NCBI GenBank assembly: GCA_000175855.1
Contig: ACYB01000035.1
Span: 330,001 to 362,000, forward strand
Direction: 5' to 3'
From: Raphidiopsis brookii D9
Lineage (GTDB): Bacteria; Cyanobacteriota; Cyanobacteriia; Cyanobacteriales; Nostocaceae
Length of the DNA stretch: 32,000 nt
The notes under the pieces are model-generated. The model did not search any database and was not told where the DNA came from. It saw only the letters and a program-made list of their open reading frames with translations. A program made the position numbers and the translations under genes. Shown here one piece after another: positions 20,466 to 29,263 of this stretch; position 1 is the first letter of the stretch; every line of letters begins with the position of its first letter.

Positions 20466-21320
20466 ATGAAACACTTAAAATGCCCTGTTTGTGACTGTGA
20501 ATACAGTAAAGAAGTAAATCAGGTTTGTCCAACTTGCTCTTGGCGCATTATATCATATCCCTTATCTTATTCATATAATCTAAGTTTAATGGGAGCAAAA
20601 AGACAGGAGGAGATATTAGAATGGGAATGGGCTAATAAGTGGGCTAAAGCAATGTGGCAAAAATTATGTGAATTAAATGAAGAAAATTTGGTGCTACGCC
20701 AAAAGAATGATTCATTATCGGAAAAACATTTACAAAGTTTGCAGGACATACATAGTAATACTCAACATTTACCGGAAATATTAAGTATTTTACGCCAAAT
20801 CAGTGAAAAATACCAAAGAATTGACACTTTTTCTGACCCTTCTCAACTCCATGGGGAATCGGAGCAAATAGGTGAACAGAAAAATTACTTTTCAACTGAT
20901 CAAAAACAGTGCAGCGATGATTATATAGATGATTATATAATTGATGACCCACAAGTAATTAGTTTAGTGGAAACTTATAATAGTCATGGAGATTTTCTGG
21001 ATAAAATAGAAGTTTCTGAAACAGAAGATAGCAAGTCCCATCGTTGGTGTGGTGGTAAGGATCCGGCAATTTTTGAAGCTAATCACAAAAGTAGGGGAGA
21101 TTATTGGATTATTGATAATCAATATTTAGTGCCAAAATACGGGCAAAAGATTAATCAGCATAGTTATGAAACTATATCCATATTGTTTGAATGCTTAAAT
21201 TATCACTATAACGATTCCGTTGGTTTAAGGAGTATGATATTAGTTAAACCTGCTAAGGTTTCTCCCATTCATGATCAAGAAAAATGGAAATTACAAGACA
21301 CTGGAACTTTACAGTTTTAA
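20466..21320 (+). CDS. Zinc-ribbon protein with short coiled-coil and C-terminal shared YW module
   Basis: CPVCDCEYSKEVNQVCPTC at the N-terminus, helical WAKAMWQKLCELNEENLVLRQKNDSLSEKH, and C-terminal RGDYWIIDNQYLVPKYGQKINQHSYETISILFECL...VKPAKVSPIHDQEKWKLQDTGTLQF*. Confidence 0.7.
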   Translation: MKHLKCPVCDCEYSKEVNQVCPTCSWRIISYPLSYSYNLSLMGAKRQEEILEWEWANKWAKAMWQKLCELNEENLVLRQKNDSLSEKHLQSLQDIHSNTQHLPEILSILRQISEKYQRIDTFSDPSQLHGESEQIGEQKNYFSTDQKQCSDDYIDDYIIDDPQVISLVETYNSHGDFLDKIEVSETEDSKSHRWCGGKDPAIFEANHKSRGDYWIIDNQYLVPKYGQKINQHSYETISILFECLNYHYNDSVGLRSMILVKPAKVSPIHDQEKWKLQDTGTLQF

Positions 21321-21345
21321 TCAAAAACTAACCTTGGGGAATTAT

Positions 21346-22890
21346 ATGAAACTTATTAAGTATCACTTTTGCTTAACTCTGGCATTATCTGGCAAAATGC
21401 TCTTGGCCACACCACTTTATGCTACCGATATGGATAAACCGGTACAAACCCCAAACAACAATAGTGGCAATATTGAAGTTGTTAGTATCAATCACCAACG
21501 GAATATTCTAGAAAAATTTGCAGGTCTAAAAAATGCAGTAAAGTCCTTAAATCAGGACCTAAAAATTTTTGTTCAAGACAAGAAAAATACTGGAAGTTTA
21601 AATTCTAAAAAAGTTATTAGCCAAATTAATCAGTTAAAGCAAGAAGTTGCTAAATTATCTCTAACTCCCCAGTTATCTCCTTCAGTCAAAAGGAGTAATA
21701 GTATAATTAAAGAACTTGAACGTACTATGAAATATCTAGAAGACGGATTGAAAAAAAATGGAGTAACTGGAATACAAAAGTATTTGGGCTTTTTTGCCAG
21801 GAGAAGAGTAAATAACAAATACTATGGAAATTTTGGAGAGACAACACAGGAAGAAATAGAGAAATTTACTAATAAAAAAATCCAGGAACTGGAAAAAGAA
21901 ATTAAAATTATTAGTTCTTTGACTCCTAAATCTTTAACTGCTAGTAATAGCAAAAAACTTGTATTAAGTAATAGCAGTAATGTTAGTAATATTGATGGTA
22001 ATATTAACAATGATAGTAATAGTGATAAGGTTATTAACCCAAATTCTCAGCTATATAATTCGTCCAATAATTCAGAAGAGATGGCAGCACTTAAAAGAGA
22101 TTTATCTCGGATGGGTCTCATAATAGTCGTTTTATCTCTAATGTTTGCAGTTTTTGCTATTGTCTGTCTTTATAAACTTTATGAAGTTTTAGAAAACCCA
22201 GATAACCTTAACAGACTGATGAAGAATAATCAGGATATTAAGAATATTTACCAAGAGTTGAAAAATCTTAGTGGTAGACTAAAGAAACTTGAAACCTATC
22301 GGCAAAGTTTAACTGGTAATCCCAGTCCCAACTCAGATAAGTCAGATCAGTCCTCTAAGTCTCAACTTGATCAATTTTCTGCAAGTTCCCAAATTACAAA
22401 ACAAGTTAATCCAATTAATTCGGTTAATCGAGGTAAACCTCAAAAACCAACAATGGGTACCTCGTATAAGTTACACAAATTGTCAGGATCATTAGAGTCA
22501 AATAAAGAGTCAAATAGTGTTGCTAATCCCGGAAATCAATTGGTACGGGAATATAATAGTGGCGCTAGGTCACTAGCAAATACGGCAATTATTGTATCAG
22601 AAAGTGAACTTACAGCTGAACAACGTCGTCTTGGTCGTGATAGTCAACCTATTTTAGAGCCAAATAACCGGGGTAATTATTGGATTATTAACCATGGTGA
22701 TATGGATTACCTGGTTCCTAAACCGACAATGAAAGTTAATAATCATAATTATAACACCATGTCTAGACTTTTTAATTGTTTGGAATATGACCCTAACTCT
22801 AGTAAGTCTTTTAAACTGATTAACCCAGCAAAAGTTTCCCCAATGGGTGAAAAATGGCAGTTAGTCGAGGAGGGGGAATTACAATTTTAG
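21346..22890 (+). CDS. Predicted exported/membrane coiled-coil protein with C-terminal shared YW module
   Basis: The ATG at 21346 follows a GGGGA RBS-like sequence. Signal-like MKLIKYHFCLTLALSGKMLLATPLYA, coiled-coil region, internal TM MGLIIVVLSLMFAVFAIVCLYKLYEVL (about 22111-22191), and C-terminal RGNYWIINHGDMDYLVPKPTMKVNNHNYNTMSRLFNCLEY...INPAKVSPMGEKWQLVEEGELQF*. Confidence 0.7.
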   Translation: MKLIKYHFCLTLALSGKMLLATPLYATDMDKPVQTPNNNSGNIEVVSINHQRNILEKFAGLKNAVKSLNQDLKIFVQDKKNTGSLNSKKVISQINQLKQEVAKLSLTPQLSPSVKRSNSIIKELERTMKYLEDGLKKNGVTGIQKYLGFFARRRVNNKYYGNFGETTQEEIEKFTNKKIQELEKEIKIISSLTPKSLTASNSKKLVLSNSSNVSNIDGNINNDSNSDKVINPNSQLYNSSNNSEEMAALKRDLSRMGLIIVVLSLMFAVFAIVCLYKLYEVLENPDNLNRLMKNNQDIKNIYQELKNLSGRLKKLETYRQSLTGNPSPNSDKSDQSSKSQLDQFSASSQITKQVNPINSVNRGKPQKPTMGTSYKLHKLSGSLESNKESNSVANPGNQLVREYNSGARSLANTAIIVSESELTAEQRRLGRDSQPILEPNNRGNYWIINHGDMDYLVPKPTMKVNNHNYNTMSRLFNCLEYDPNSSKSFKLINPAKVSPMGEKWQLVEEGELQF

Positions 22891-23007
22891 GTTATGGTCC
22901 CAGTTATAGTTGTTATATTTATAGTATTAAGGCGCTTGGCTTGATAATTTTTTTTTGAGAAACAGATTTTTCTAGAATAACTTTGTTAACAATTGGAGAT
23001 TTTAAAT

Positions 23008-23895
23008 ATGGTTGATTTAAATGATATTGTTCATAGAATCGAAGAAATAGAAAATCACTTACTAATGTTAGCTGACCGCGTACAAGATGACTCAGTTATG
23101 GTAACTGGTGCTTGGAAAGTGCCAAAAATTATCCCCACAAATATATCTGAACTGGAAATAATAAAAGTTTATAATGATGTACCTAAAGTTTTATTTAAAA
23201 ACTCAATTGTTACGGAGTTAACCGAAGAAAGTTATCGAGAAGATAACCGAGATCAATCAATTATCTTGGAATTTGATCAATATGGTAAATATTGGTTAAT
23301 CGTCTCAGATGAGAATAATGTTTTTGTTTTACCTGCAATGGATATCAAGTTACACATTTATAAGCTAAAAAGCATGGCTAAGGTATTTGATTTTCAGGGC
23401 ACTCCCTCTATGGAAAATCATTGTCTGTTAATTAAACCTGCAAAGGTTCAAAGTTTACCTAGTGGGAGAGAATGGAAACTAGAACAAAAGGGAATTCTAG
23501 AGTTTACTAGTAATGTTCATCAAGATTCGTTGAGAAATTTCTTTTATACCTTACAGGATAGTCAAGCAAATACCAATTTAGAAATACTCAAAATTAATAA
23601 GCAATTAAGTCAAATTGAACTGCAATTACAACAGGTTCCTGAAGAGAGTCAAAATATAGGTTGGCAAGTTAACATATCAGAAACCATTAAAGATAACCAA
23701 GCAAATACCAATTTAGAAATACTCAAAATTAATAAGCAATTAAATCAAATTGAACTGCAATTGCAGGAGTTCTCTCAACGGTTTCAAGACTTACAGTATA
23801 AACTTACAAAAATGTCAGTTGATATTAAAGATTATTTTGACCTACAAGTAGATTTACTTAAGGTCCGTTTAGAATCCTTGGAAAATATAAAGTGA
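23008..23895 (+). CDS. Coiled-coil protein with a diverged internal copy of the shared YW module
   Basis: GGAG RBS-like sequence upstream of the ATG at 23008; YGKYWLIVSDENNVFVLPAMDIKLHIYKLKSMAKVFDF...LLIKPAKVQSLPSGREWKLEQKGILEF, then a heptad-rich C-terminus. Confidence 0.65.
   Translation: MVDLNDIVHRIEEIENHLLMLADRVQDDSVMVTGAWKVPKIIPTNISELEIIKVYNDVPKVLFKNSIVTELTEESYREDNRDQSIILEFDQYGKYWLIVSDENNVFVLPAMDIKLHIYKLKSMAKVFDFQGTPSMENHCLLIKPAKVQSLPSGREWKLEQKGILEFTSNVHQDSLRNFFYTLQDSQANTNLEILKINKQLSQIELQLQQVPEESQNIGWQVNISETIKDNQANTNLEILKINKQLNQIELQLQEFSQRFQDLQYKLTKMSVDIKDYFDLQVDLLKVRLESLENIK
23563..23766 (+). repeat. Two near-identical 69-bp in-frame direct repeats (23563-23631 and 23698-23766)
   Basis: caagcaaataccaatttagaaatactcaaaattaataagcaatta[a/g-variant]tcaaattgaactgcaatt[a/g]ca[a/g]. 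Three mismatches in 69 nt, 135-nt offset, encoding QANTNLEILKINKQL(S/N)QIELQLQ. Confidence 0.95.
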
Positions 23896-23993
23896 ATCCC
23901 TCTACAAAACTTCACAATTAATCTAATCCACCGGGGAAAGATTTTTAACTTTCTCCCCTGTGATACGATTTGACACAACCTTTATTTACCATT

Positions 23994-24877
23994 CTAGTCA
24001 TTATCCCAGGCCAACTTAGCTGCACCTACCATACCTGCACTATTACCCAATTGTGCTGGTAAAATTTGTAGACCCATACGAGAACTTGGTAAAACACGTC
24101 TTTCAATTTCTTCTTGCATTGCTGGTAAAAAATACTCGAAACTAGCACTAATACCACCACCAATAATAATTGCTTGGGGGGTAAGTACATATATTAAACT
24201 GGTTAAACCAATGCCCAGGTCTCTACCATATTCTTGCCAAAAAGTCAAGGACTGAATATCACCTTGTTTAGCCAATTCCCCTAGTCTAGCTGGGTCCTTT
24301 CCTGTGCGACGATGAATAGCACCAATGGAGGTGTATTGTTCTAAAGAACCTTGATTACCACTGTTACATGATGGCCCATTAGGATTAAGAGTAATTAGTC
24401 CTAGTTCCCCTGCTGCACCTTGATGACCAACAAATAGTTTGCCATGCAAAATAATAGCTCCACCCACACCGGTTCCCAAGGTCAACAAGATTAAGTTTTG
24501 AAAATCACGCCCTGCACCTAACCAAGCTTCTCCTAATCCTGCGCAATTGGCATCATTGGCAAGAATTGTGGGTATTCCCGTACGGTTTTCTAACCATTCT
24601 GCTAATGGTACATTGTCCCATCCCTCAAGATTGATGGCCACTTTGGCAACTCTCCCCGTTGCATCCACAGGTCCTGGAGTTCCTACCCCCATGCCTAGGA
24701 TTCTATCATTCTGCTCAATCAGGGAATTTATCCCCCTAACATTGTAGATAATACAGCTTCTGGAGTCGCTGGTTTAGGAGTCTGTAATATTATAGTTTGT
24801 AAGCAGTTACCATTAGGATCAAATACGCCTAGTTTTATGGATGTTCCACCTATATCAATACCAATTACCACTTCCAT
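23994..24877 (-). pseudogene. ROK-family sugar kinase (glucokinase-like) interrupted by a 1-nt frameshift
   Basis: The N-terminus in another frame reads MEVVIGIDIGGTSIKLGVFDPNGNCLQTIILQTPKPATPEAVLSTMLGG* from 24877. The continuation INSLIEQNDRILGMGVGTPGPVDATGRVAKVAINLEGWDNVPLAEWL... is in the frame of the 232-aa ORF. Confidence 0.85.
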
Positions 24878-25031
24878 AACCCCCCTAAGATAGATGTACT
24901 ATTTACATGAATGTGTCAGAAATAAGATTATAATACTAGATGTGAAGATGTTGCATATACTTGACTACTTTTTATTGTGAATTTGTTTCTAATTTTAATT
25001 TGTAACTCCTAATTTTGAGGAGGTAAAACCT

Positions 25032-25958
25032 ATGGAAAAACATATCAGAATTGTGTCCTTAATTCCCAGCGCTACTGAAATAGTATCTACCCTGGGACTC
25101 CAAAATGCTATTGTTGGTCGCTCCCATGAGTGTGACTATCCCCCAGAAATAGCTGGTGTGCCTGTTTGTACCCAAGCCCGATTAAATGGTAATGGTAACA
25201 GTAGTGCTATTCACGATGAGGTAAGTAAAATTCTTCAGTCTGCTTTGGGTATTTATAAGATCAAATTAGATGTTTTAGAAAAATTAAAACCTACTCATAT
25301 CATTACTCAAGCTCAATGCGATGTTTGTGCAGTTAGTTTGTCAGATGTGGAAAAAGCTGTGAAGGAACTTACCCATCTTTCACCTGAGATTATTTCTTTA
25401 CAACCTACCACCTTAGGAGATGTATGGGGTGATATTGAAAGAGTAGGTCAAACTTTCGGAGTGAATTCAATAAAAATACTAGAAAATTTAGAAGCACGGG
25501 TAAAAATTTGCAATAGAAGAATAAATGGACTTTCCTTGGGAGAAATGCCCACAGTTGCTTGTATTGAGTGGACTGACCCGGTGATGACTGCGGCAAATTG
25601 GATACCTGAGTTGGTAGATTTGGCGGGAGGAAAAATCTTGTTTACCGTTATGGGTAAACCTTCTACCCGCATTAACTGGGAAACTCTTGTTGCAACTAAT
25701 CCAGATGTAATTATTTTTATGCCCTGTGGCTTTAATTTAGAAAGGACTCAACAGGAGGCTAAATTGTTAACTCAACATCCAGACTGGGGCAAACTCCATG
25801 CAGTCAAGACTGGAAGAGTATTTGTCACAGATGGCAACGCCTATTTTAACCGACCAGGACCACGTTTGGTTGATTCTGTAGAGATTTTGGCGGAAATCCT
25901 ACACCCGGACATTTTTGAATATGGTTATCAGGGTACTGGGTGGGAACTGGCCAATTAA
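25032..25958 (+). CDS. Cobalamin/metal-type periplasmic-binding-fold protein (BtuF/FecB-like)
   Basis: RIVSLIPSATEIVSTLGLQNAIVGRSHECDYPPE...VPVCTQARLN, HIITQAQCDVCAVS, RVFVTDGNAYFNRPGPRLVDSVEILAEILHP. No obvious signal peptide. Confidence 0.8.
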   Translation: MEKHIRIVSLIPSATEIVSTLGLQNAIVGRSHECDYPPEIAGVPVCTQARLNGNGNSSAIHDEVSKILQSALGIYKIKLDVLEKLKPTHIITQAQCDVCAVSLSDVEKAVKELTHLSPEIISLQPTTLGDVWGDIERVGQTFGVNSIKILENLEARVKICNRRINGLSLGEMPTVACIEWTDPVMTAANWIPELVDLAGGKILFTVMGKPSTRINWETLVATNPDVIIFMPCGFNLERTQQEAKLLTQHPDWGKLHAVKTGRVFVTDGNAYFNRPGPRLVDSVEILAEILHPDIFEYGYQGTGWELAN

Positions 25959-25974
25959 CAACACCTACTACCGT

Positions 25975-28245
25975 TTATGTCGGTGATCTCTCCATTTCAC
26001 CCACCCTGCGAATATTGAGAATGTCACTCATTTTTTTGATCTGCACAAACAAATGTTCTAATTGACTGCGATCGCGCACTTCAATACCAAAGTTCATCAA
26101 TGCTGGTTGACCAGAGGTAGTCTTGACATCGGCGTGACGGACATTGATGCCTTGATCACTAAGTCTAGACAGAACATCTTTCAAAACGCCTACTCTATCC
26201 AGAGTCTCGATTTGAATGTCCACTGGATATGTTTGGGGACGATGGCGATGTTCCATGGCTGTATTCCATTGTACAGGTACTAACCGTTCATATTCTACCT
26301 GCTCTAAGTTATGGCAGGCTTGACGATGAATGGATATACCTCTTCCTCTAGTTACCACACCAATAATTGCTTCTCCGGGAATTGGTGTACAACATCCAGC
26401 TACATGATAAACCAAACCTTCTACTCCTAAAATTGGCGAGTCACTGGACTTGGACGTAGTGGGAAAGCTATCCTTAGATGTTTTAGGAGATAAATCTTTA
26501 GGTAAAAACGAAATTATGTCAGCTACAGGCTGCTGTGACTTGATTATATCTCGCCAGCGATTTAACACTAGATTTAAGGTAATTTCTCCATACCCCAAAC
26601 CTGCTAATAAATCTTCCACATTGTGGTAATTGCACTTTTCTGCTATAGTCTGCATGGGGTTAGATTTTAACAGGTGATCAAATCCGGTTTTGCCTAATTC
26701 TTTCTCTAATAATTCCTTACCCCTAGTAATATTCTCTTCCCTTCGGGAACGTTTGTACCATTGTTTAATTCGATATTTTGCTGCTGAAGTGCGGACAAAA
26801 TTCAGCCAGTCTAAACTGGGATGACTATTTTTTTGAGTAATAATATCAACAATATCCCCATTCTGTAGTCGTGTTGATAGCGGTACAATGCGCCCATTCA
26901 CCCGTGACCCTGCGCAGTGGTTTCCCACTTCTGTATGAATCCGATAGGCAAAGTCTATACTAGTAGACCCTGGACTCAGAGCAACCACATCTCCTTTAGG
27001 GGTAAAAACATAAACATCATCTTCAAATAAGTTATCTTTAACACTGTCTAAATATTCTTCGGCATCTTTCAAATCACTTTGCCAATCTAATAATTGCCCT
27101 AACCAGGCAAATTTTTCATCCGTCCCTGTAGCTTGAGCTGTAGATCCACCTGTTTCCTTATACTTCCAGTGAGCTGCAATACCATATTCTGCTACCTGGT
27201 GCATTTCCATTGTGCGAATTTGCACCTCTAGGGGACGACCAGTTAAACCAATTACACCTGTATGTAAAGACTGATAACGATTAGGTTTGGGCAAGCCAAT
27301 ATAATCTTTAAATCTACCAGGGATGGGACAAAACGCATCATGTACCACTGCCAAAGCGCGATAACATTCCTCATTTGTTTCCACAATAATTCTTAATGCA
27401 GCCAAATCATAAATTTCATGAAATTCCTTTTGCTGACGCTGCATTTTCTGATAAATGCTATACAGGTGTTTAGGACGGCCACTAATATCCAAACATTTAA
27501 TTCCCGCTTGTTCAATTCTCTCCCGCAATACCTCCTTAGCTTTGTTTAATTTTTCTTCTCGTGCGGTTCTTTTTTCCGCCACGTGTTCTTGAATTTCTCG
27601 ATAAGCATCTGGTTCCAAATATTTAAACGCTAAGTCTTCTAATTCCCATTTAATGTGCCAAATACCCAACCGATTAGCTAGGGGGGCAAAAATGTCTCTA
27701 GTCTCCTGGGCACTGCGACGACGACTGGTTTCCGACATATACTGTAGAGTGCGCATATTGTGTAACCTGTCTGCCAACTTCACTACAATCACTCGGATAT
27801 CCTGGGCCATGGATAAGAACATTCGCCGAAAATTTTCTGCTTGACTTTCGGTTTTGCTGGTGAAGTTAATTTTCGATAATTTAGTGACACCCTCCACCAA
27901 TTGTCTGACCTCATGACCAAATTTCTGTTCTATCTCCTCAATTGTGACTTCTGTATCCTCAACTACATCATGTAGAAACCCAGCTGCTATCATAGGAGCA
28001 TTACCACCTAAATCCTTTAATAAATCAGCTACTGCTACTGGGTGAGCTATATAGGGTTCTCCTGATTTTCTGTGCTGTCCTTCATGTAGTTCATAAGCAA
28101 ATTTTAAGGCGTTACAAACTAAACTGTTATCATTACACCTTCGGTCATCCTCTCCTGAACCACTGTTGCTAGTATTTTCCTGAAGGCATGTTTTTAACCA
28201 TTGAGGTAGGTTAATCTTTGTCGAACAATCAATAGAGCTGGTCAT
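25975..28245 (-). CDS. Bifunctional (p)ppGpp synthetase/hydrolase (RelA/SpoT family)
   Basis: HD domain (HDVVEDT), synthetase domain (LGIWHIKWELEDLAFKYLEP, FKDYIGLPKPNRYQSLHTGV), TGS and ACT domains. Confidence 0.95.
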   Translation of the reverse strand: MTSSIDCSTKINLPQWLKTCLQENTSNSGSGEDDRRCNDNSLVCNALKFAYELHEGQHRKSGEPYIAHPVAVADLLKDLGGNAPMIAAGFLHDVVEDTEVTIEEIEQKFGHEVRQLVEGVTKLSKINFTSKTESQAENFRRMFLSMAQDIRVIVVKLADRLHNMRTLQYMSETSRRRSAQETRDIFAPLANRLGIWHIKWELEDLAFKYLEPDAYREIQEHVAEKRTAREEKLNKAKEVLRERIEQAGIKCLDISGRPKHLYSIYQKMQRQQKEFHEIYDLAALRIIVETNEECYRALAVVHDAFCPIPGRFKDYIGLPKPNRYQSLHTGVIGLTGRPLEVQIRTMEMHQVAEYGIAAHWKYKETGGSTAQATGTDEKFAWLGQLLDWQSDLKDAEEYLDSVKDNLFEDDVYVFTPKGDVVALSPGSTSIDFAYRIHTEVGNHCAGSRVNGRIVPLSTRLQNGDIVDIITQKNSHPSLDWLNFVRTSAAKYRIKQWYKRSRREENITRGKELLEKELGKTGFDHLLKSNPMQTIAEKCNYHNVEDLLAGLGYGEITLNLVLNRWRDIIKSQQPVADIISFLPKDLSPKTSKDSFPTTSKSSDSPILGVEGLVYHVAGCCTPIPGEAIIGVVTRGRGISIHRQACHNLEQVEYERLVPVQWNTAMEHRHRPQTYPVDIQIETLDRVGVLKDVLSRLSDQGINVRHADVKTTSGQPALMNFGIEVRDRSQLEHLFVQIKKMSDILNIRRVGEMERSPT

Positions 28246-28603
28246 AGGAATAGTAGGTTTTTTAGTTGGTTAATGCTTTTGGTATTTGGTTTCAAAACTG
28301 TGGATATAGTCTTGAAACTGGGCAGTTTTTGCTGCAAATCGATTAAGAATCTAGTTCTGCCATCAATTTTTCCGATCATGGCAGAACTTAGTAATCTAAT
28401 TCTCGCTGAAATGGGTTATTATGGAGCAAATTGCCTATTTATAGCTCTAGGCAAAACGCTATAGACAGGGAAAATGGGTGACAGAACTGGTTAGGCGTTC
28501 TGTCTGACCTCCAGTCCCGGTAGCTACAATTAGGCTGCAACTATAGGTCAATAAGGATATAGAAGATATAATTGTACTCCAGATTCAAAAAATAGAAGTC
28601 CTA

Positions 28604-28957
28604 ATGTCCTTTAAATATCAAAAATATCAAGAATTGAAAACCTTGGTGGAGCTATTGTTATCAGATGTTAACAAAGCTCATGTCTACGATCCCACCTGGA
28701 AATCCCTTCTGGGTGAGATCAGCGGGTTTTTTGCACGAGAAATTGCCGTCTTTACTGATTTGGAATCTCGTCAGCAGTCTTATCAAACAGAGATAAGTAA
28801 GCAGATACGTTTGTTGGAAGTTGATATGATGTTTTTACAAAGTGCAAAACAGACAGTAACTATAAAATCACGATTAGAAAATATTCAACAAAGAGCTGAG
28901 ACTTTAACTAAGTATTGTCAGACCATGTTAGAAATAAGCATTTCTGTTAACGATTAA
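28604..28957 (+). CDS. Small helical protein, possibly PatD-like heterocyst frequency control protein
   Basis: 117 aa with SRQQSYQTEISKQIRLLEVDMMFLQSAKQTVTIKSRL; resemblance to the PatD family from memory only. Confidence 0.45.
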   Translation: MSFKYQKYQELKTLVELLLSDVNKAHVYDPTWKSLLGEISGFFAREIAVFTDLESRQQSYQTEISKQIRLLEVDMMFLQSAKQTVTIKSRLENIQQRAETLTKYCQTMLEISISVND

Positions 28958-29263
28958 CCACTGGTTCACCACCATGTAGTGGGAATGATAAGATAAATTT
29001 ATCCAAATGCCATGGTTTCTGAATGGGAGTCACTAGACTTATTTCTAGACTATATCAACAATCTTAACCTATATCACTCCAATATAAACCAAGGATGAAT
29101 GATTTAATTTACTAATATAAAATTTCCATGAAACCTCTTGCCATTTTCTCAAAACTAGTGATATATTCTAGTTGTGTGTGAGGAGCAAATTTCAAGAAGC
29201 GCTTAGGGTGGAAACACGGCAACACTCCTGGGCGCTTTTTGATTGTCTAGCTTTAGTCAGAAC

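Noticed and set aside
21271-21345. 25-aa N-terminal extension of the 539-aa ORF overlapping the previous gene
   Set aside because: The ATG at 21346 has an RBS-like GGGGA and begins a plausible signal peptide, so the upstream start is probably wrong.
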